A stretch of DNA of 64,000 nucleotides. Origin: a bacterium (GTDB lineage: Bacteria; Patescibacteriota; Minisyncoccia; Moranbacterales; DUUL01). Shown piece after piece: positions 59,633-64,000 of this stretch. The stretch spans positions 37,680 to 101,679 of the forward strand of contig JABGXP010000020.1 of NCBI GenBank assembly GCA_018675685.1. Reading direction: 5' to 3'. A program made the translations under genes and the position numbers. Numbering within the stretch: the first letter of the stretch is position 1; every line of letters starts with the position of its first letter. The notes below the pieces were generated by a model that did no database searches, was not told the DNA's origin, and saw only the letters and a list, made by a program, of their open reading frames with translations.

Positions 59633-60742
59633 TTAGTATTTTTTCATTTCAGCTAAGTATTGATTTGCTATTTTGCTCCAAGTATTATTTTTTTCTACAT
59701 ATAAGGAGGCCTTCTCTCCAAAATCTCGAATAAAGCCAGAGTCTTTTTTCAGAATAGAATTTACCTTGTCTACCCAAACAGGAACGTTTTCACTTTCTAT
59801 CAAGAATCCACTTTGCCCGTCAGAGACAGCATCAGTGAGGCCCTCAAGATTGGAGGCAATTACAACTCGTTTGCAAATTGCTGCTTCAATCACATTAATT
59901 CCAAAACCTTCCATTGTCCCAGCAACCTTGATATTGGGAGCAACGACTAAGTCAACTGTATTTAAAAGAGTCTTAACATCTTCCCAGAGGAGAGAGGGGA
60001 GCAATATTGTTTTTTCTTCAAGTTTTTGTTCCGCAATAATTTCTTCACAGGTTTGAAAATCATCTTTATCACCAGCTGTATTTTTTGAAACTCTGTTTCC
60101 GGCTGCTACAAAAATACAATTCTTGGGAAGCTTTGATACGACATTATTCAAAAACCAACTAGTCCCTTTGTGCGGAACAAACCTTCCGAGTCGCAAAACA
60201 ACTTTTTTTCCATCAAGATCTTGCCCTAACAATTTCTCTAAATCTTTTCGTGTTCGTTTAGCAACAAGTTCTTCCTTGAAAACTCCGTTTGGAACGAAGG
60301 TGCAAATGGATTGATCAACACCAACACCAATAGCTTCTTTGATTGTTGCGTTTCCAACCATGAAAAGTTGATTCAATTTTTTAAGTGCAGAAATATTTAC
60401 TAAGCGATATATAGCTGGTAGAATACCCGACCTATTAGCATAGGTCACATCCAGTCCATGAACAACACAAAAAAACTTCTTTTTTGGATGCAAAAACTTC
60501 AAGAAAGCTCCGACTGGGGCAAGAACCCCACTGCCCAAAAGACAAGCGTCGTAACTACCCATCTTAAAAAATGCTCTAAAAGTTGCAGTAACAACAAAAA
60601 AGGGGAGAAATAACTTCCCCTTTGTGTTTGCAATAACTTCTAAATCAGTAAAGTTAGATAAGCTCTTTGATAAATTAAAATTCTGACTTTCAACTCCTCC
60701 AATTGTTGGGGGGTAGGAATGTGAAATAAATAAAATTTTCAT
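59633..60742 (-). CDS. GT4-family glycosyltransferase
   Basis: MKILFISHSYPPTIGGVE… N-terminus and a GT4 C-terminal domain. Confidence 0.65.
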   Translation of the reverse strand: MKILFISHSYPPTIGGVESQNFNLSKSLSNFTDLEVIANTKGKLFLPFFVVTATFRAFFKMGSYDACLLGSGVLAPVGAFLKFLHPKKKFFCVVHGLDVTYANRSGILPAIYRLVNISALKKLNQLFMVGNATIKEAIGVGVDQSICTFVPNGVFKEELVAKRTRKDLEKLLGQDLDGKKVVLRLGRFVPHKGTSWFLNNVVSKLPKNCIFVAAGNRVSKNTAGDKDDFQTCEEIIAEQKLEEKTILLPSLLWEDVKTLLNTVDLVVAPNIKVAGTMEGFGINVIEAAICKRVVIASNLEGLTDAVSDGQSGFLIESENVPVWVDKVNSILKKDSGFIRDFGEKASLYVEKNNTWSKIANQYLAEMKKY

Positions 60743-60840
60743 ATCGAATCAATTCAGTCTTATATGGTTGCTATTTTTTGAGCTCATCGCATAGTGATCT
60801 ATATCTTCGTTTTGTTTTACACGTAGAAGTTCAGGACGCT

Positions 60841-61134
60841 CTAGTGTTTGGAATAGAATGAGCGATTTGCTACTATTCCAATTCCTAATAGTAAGAAAAC
60901 AATAGCAATCGGAAAAAGAAAAAGATCCTTCATGTAATTAGAAGCACTTGCTTTAAAACTAAGCCCGAGAATTTCTAGCATAATTGACGCTCCTGTAACG
61001 ATAATTAAGAGCCCTAGGAAAAATAGGAATTTTTCCTTTGATCTTTGGTGAACATTATTTGTGATAGCTTTTTTTCTTTTCGTCACCTTTCTTTTTGTGG
61101 CAGTTTTAGCCACTTTTTTTAGCTTTTTTGGCAT
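60841..61134 (-). CDS. Small hypothetical membrane protein with a Lys-rich N-terminus
   Basis: 97 aa with two TM helices. Confidence 0.35.
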   Translation of the reverse strand: MPKKLKKVAKTATKRKVTKRKKAITNNVHQRSKEKFLFFLGLLIIVTGASIMLEILGLSFKASASNYMKDLFLFPIAIVFLLLGIGIVANRSFYSKH

Positions 61135-61150
61135 TTTTTATTTTTTATTT

Positions 61151-62131
61151 TTATTTTATATAGCGATCCTTTTTGTTTTGATACATCATTTCTTCTGTCA
61201 ATTGTCTATTTGATTTAATCATGTCAGCAATTAAGGCAAAAATAATCAATTGAATTCCAAACATAATCGAAATAGAAGAGAAAACAATATAGTTTAAGAA
61301 GGGACTAATTTTAAAATCTTGAACATAATGTCCTAAGAAAATTAAAAACCCAATAAATCCAAGACCAACTAAAAACATTCCAGGCCAACCAAAGAATTTC
61401 AATGGCCGAACATCTCTAATTGCTTTTAGTATTATTTTACACGAATTTCCAACAAATTGCCAGATAGACTTTACTATTCTCGATTCTCTATCTGCAAAAT
61501 ATGCAACACTGACAGGAATCCACTCTATTTTCAAGCTTTTTCCAATCGCGTCAATTATTGTTTCTTGGGTGTATGTAAAATGAACATTTGTTAGGTTGAG
61601 TCGCAACAGAGTTTCTCTATTATGAGCCCTAAAACCGCAAGTGAGATCATCAATGTCATGATTTAGGAAGAATCCAATCATTTTTGCAGCTAGTCTGTTA
61701 AGTATGCTTTTGATCTTCGGCATATTTTTTGCTTTATGTTTTCCAAAGCGACTTGCCACAACCATATCAACTTTTCCATTCAAAATCGGCTTTAAAAGTT
61801 TTGGAATATCTTCGGGATCAAATTGACCGTCAGCATCTATGTTCACCATAAAATCAGCACCTTGTGCCAAGGAGCTTTCAACTGCTTGCTTAAAGGAATA
61901 AGCTAAACGCCTATTGGGTTGGTATGAAATTACAATATCTGCGTTTTTTCTGGCAATTTCAGCAGTTCTATCGGAAGATCCATCATCAACAACCTGAACC
62001 AACTTTTTTGTAATTTTTAAACCACTCCCTTGGTTGTAAAAATCACTTTGAAAGCTTTTTTTGATCCTTCGGATTGTCTGTTCAATTTTCCCCTCTTCAT
62101 TATACGCTGGAATATTAACGATAAGCTTCAT
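61151..62131 (-). CDS. GT2 polyprenyl-phosphate glycosyltransferase (DPM1-like) with C-terminal TM helices
   Basis: …IVNIPAYNEEGKI…VVDDGSSDRT…NIDADGQFDPEDI…. Confidence 0.7.
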   Translation of the reverse strand: MKLIVNIPAYNEEGKIEQTIRRIKKSFQSDFYNQGSGLKITKKLVQVVDDGSSDRTAEIARKNADIVISYQPNRRLAYSFKQAVESSLAQGADFMVNIDADGQFDPEDIPKLLKPILNGKVDMVVASRFGKHKAKNMPKIKSILNRLAAKMIGFFLNHDIDDLTCGFRAHNRETLLRLNLTNVHFTYTQETIIDAIGKSLKIEWIPVSVAYFADRESRIVKSIWQFVGNSCKIILKAIRDVRPLKFFGWPGMFLVGLGFIGFLIFLGHYVQDFKISPFLNYIVFSSISIMFGIQLIIFALIADMIKSNRQLTEEMMYQNKKDRYIK

Positions 62132-62336
62132 GAAATAGTAAAAATTATTAGATAAACTACAAACACCCTCATGTAAACAGAGGACCTTACTTTAAATTCT
62201 ATTTAAGTATATACATTATACTATATTTTTATTTTTTTTTCAATTTTTTCGGAGCTTTATAAGGGGAGTTTAAATCTATGATCTAGTTCATAAAAGAGTG
62301 ATTTTCCCAGAAAAGATATTTTTCTCCAGTGAAAAG

Positions 62337-63623
62337 CTAGCTCCTTCCGATTCCATGGTATTCCATCCCTAGACTTTTGATTTTCTCTCCATCCAAAGCG
62401 TTCATTCCGTCTACAATCGCTACAACCCCATTCTCTTTAAATTTTTCAGGAGTAATTTTCATAAATTCTTTGTGATTTGTTACAAAAATCACAGCCTGAA
62501 CCTCTTCTAAGAATTCATCAACCGTTTTCACGTCTGACATATCCAAAATATATGGGTCAAATGAAACAATGGAAGCTTTTTTCTTTTCAAGTTCCTTGAT
62601 AATTTTAACAGCGGGTGATTCTCGCAAGTCATCAATGTTCGCTTTATAAGAAAGTCCCATCACACCAATTTTTATTCCTTTCATCGGGAGCTTAGCATTG
62701 TTAAGTAGATCCTGCATCAACTCCACGGTATAGTTTGGCATACTATTGTTGATTTCTCGTGCAACTCTAAGGAAATGATGATCAAATCCTTTTTTCTTAG
62801 CTTGTTCAATGAGATAATATGGATCAACTGGAATACAATGTCCGCCAACTCCACGTCCTGGGAAGTGAGGCATGAAAGCAAAAGGCTTTGTGGCAGCGCC
62901 TAGAATTACATCCTTAACATCAATATCCATTTGATCGAAGCTTTTCGCAAGCTCATTTACAAAGGCAATGTTGATATCTCGAAAAGAATTTTCAACAACC
63001 TTGGTTGCCTCAGCTTCTCGGATTGACTTCATTACACGAACCTCACCATCAATAATGGAGGCGTAGAATTTTTGTGCAATCTCAGCTCCTTTTACTGAAA
63101 GAGATCCAACAACCCTAGGAATATTTGTGACGTTCCATTTTTCATTTCCTGGATCAATTCGCTCAGGGCAGTGTGCTAAGAAATAATCCTTCCCTTCATC
63201 AAGACCTGCCTTAGCAAGCATTGGCTCAACAACCTCTTCACAAACCCCAGGATTAATTGTTGATTCAACAACAATTAGTTGGCCAGGCTTTCTATTTTCG
63301 ATACACATTTTAATGGCACCCTTAACAGGATTAAGATTTGGATAGAACTGTTCATCAACTGGAGTCGGAACACAAATAAGGATAATGTCAGCTTCGACAA
63401 GCTTCGAAGCATCGTTGGAAGCTTCAAGTTTTTCAAGTAAATCCAGTCTTTCTTCGATAAACTCTTCTTTGAAAGGGCTTTTCCTGTTTGCAATTGCTGT
63501 AAGCTTCTTTTGATCAAGGTCCAGCCCAATAACAGAGTATCCTTTTTCAATACATCGAATTGCAAGAGGGAGCCCAACATATCCCAAACCAATAACTGCA
63601 ATTTTATTTTTCTTAATGTCCAT
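62337..63623 (-). CDS. Nucleotide-sugar dehydrogenase (UDP-glucose/UDP-ManNAc 6-dehydrogenase family)
   Basis: N-terminal Rossmann IAVIGLGYVGLPLA and catalytic-Cys region …GGHCIPVDPYYL… 428 aa. Confidence 0.8.
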   Translation of the reverse strand: MDIKKNKIAVIGLGYVGLPLAIRCIEKGYSVIGLDLDQKKLTAIANRKSPFKEEFIEERLDLLEKLEASNDASKLVEADIILICVPTPVDEQFYPNLNPVKGAIKMCIENRKPGQLIVVESTINPGVCEEVVEPMLAKAGLDEGKDYFLAHCPERIDPGNEKWNVTNIPRVVGSLSVKGAEIAQKFYASIIDGEVRVMKSIREAEATKVVENSFRDINIAFVNELAKSFDQMDIDVKDVILGAATKPFAFMPHFPGRGVGGHCIPVDPYYLIEQAKKKGFDHHFLRVAREINNSMPNYTVELMQDLLNNAKLPMKGIKIGVMGLSYKANIDDLRESPAVKIIKELEKKKASIVSFDPYILDMSDVKTVDEFLEEVQAVIFVTNHKEFMKITPEKFKENGVVAIVDGMNALDGEKIKSLGMEYHGIGRS

Positions 63624-64000
63624 TTTTTATTTCCTTTAGGTGATTAATGAGTTGCTATTTATAGCCAGTGGCTATCAAAGTTATAGCAAAGAGATACCTC
63701 TATCATGGTAGTACAATTTTCTAGAAATGCAAGATTTCAAATAGTGGAGTAAATTTTTCAAACCGTAACAATGAGATTTAAATAAATACGTCTAGACAGG
63801 GCGGTTAGGTTGGATTGTTAATAAAATAAGAAATAAACTTAAAAAATTGCGAAAAATAGTCAAGCATCGATCTGTTCATAGAGTGAGAATAAATGATTCA
63901 CATCAAGCGAGTGATGTGGTATAATAAAAGTAAGATTTTAACAAATAAAATTAAAAATAAAAATGAAACTTAAAGAAGCCTTCATTGGAATGTTTTTGGG

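Overview
This 64 kb window appears to be a low-GC bacterial chromosome segment with several features commonly reported for CPR/Patescibacteria-type genomes (inference, not verified): lysine-rich extensions on ribosomal proteins (S11 shown, L17 inferred from length), archaeal-type enzymes (Elp3, GH57, GH15, an archaeal-like glycogen synthase), dense coding and no mobile elements. It uses the standard code, with TAA/TAG stops and long uninterrupted ORFs. About 67 protein-coding genes were called.

Features I can support from the sequence:
- A partial RimB-like retropepsin peptidase followed by three tandem RimK-type ATP-grasp ligases (1–3337).
- Class A PBP1a, an alpha/beta hydrolase and tag (3474–7341).
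- groL with a near-consensus sigma70 promoter and a CIRCE/HrcA operator but no groES (7355–9216).
- A minus-strand block of EEP nuclease/phosphatase, 2H phosphoesterase and Nudix hydrolase (10443–12377).
- lepA, then an SLT/LysM lytic transglycosylase (13171–16540).
- A bacterial Elp3 (radical-SAM plus GNAT) with a downstream Nudix gene and a divergently transcribed Trm9-like class I methyltransferase (17177–19933).
- An alpha-glucan cluster: archaeal-type glycogen synthase, GH57, GH15 and a ferredoxin (20113–25467).
- gpmI, a cyclophilin lipoprotein and an RRM RNA-binding protein (25553–29046).
- An unusually long leuS (1167 aa) carrying two inserted enzyme domains: a Nudix domain after the CP1 editing domain and an RBBP9/YdeN-like serine hydrolase inside the zinc-knuckle (29630–33133).
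- dxs, an ftsA-like gene followed by a 749-aa membrane protein with no ftsZ nearby, then two unknown minus-strand genes (33167–39946).
- The infA–rpmJ–rpsM–rpsK–rpsD–rpoA–rplQ–rplM–rpsI block with its own promoter and a candidate leader attenuator (40075–44856).
- A roughly 19 kb surface-glycosylation island with three to four GT-C (ArnT/PMT-like) paralogs (one fused to a metallophosphoesterase), two DPM1-like GT2 enzymes, two GT4s, a Wzx-like flippase, an NDP-sugar dehydrogenase, and embedded tmk-like and RtcB-like genes (44992–63623).

Several rho-independent, often bidirectional terminators are visible between convergent genes. I found no rRNA, tRNA, CRISPR array or transposon. The most unusual item is the leuS carrying Nudix and serine-hydrolase insertions.
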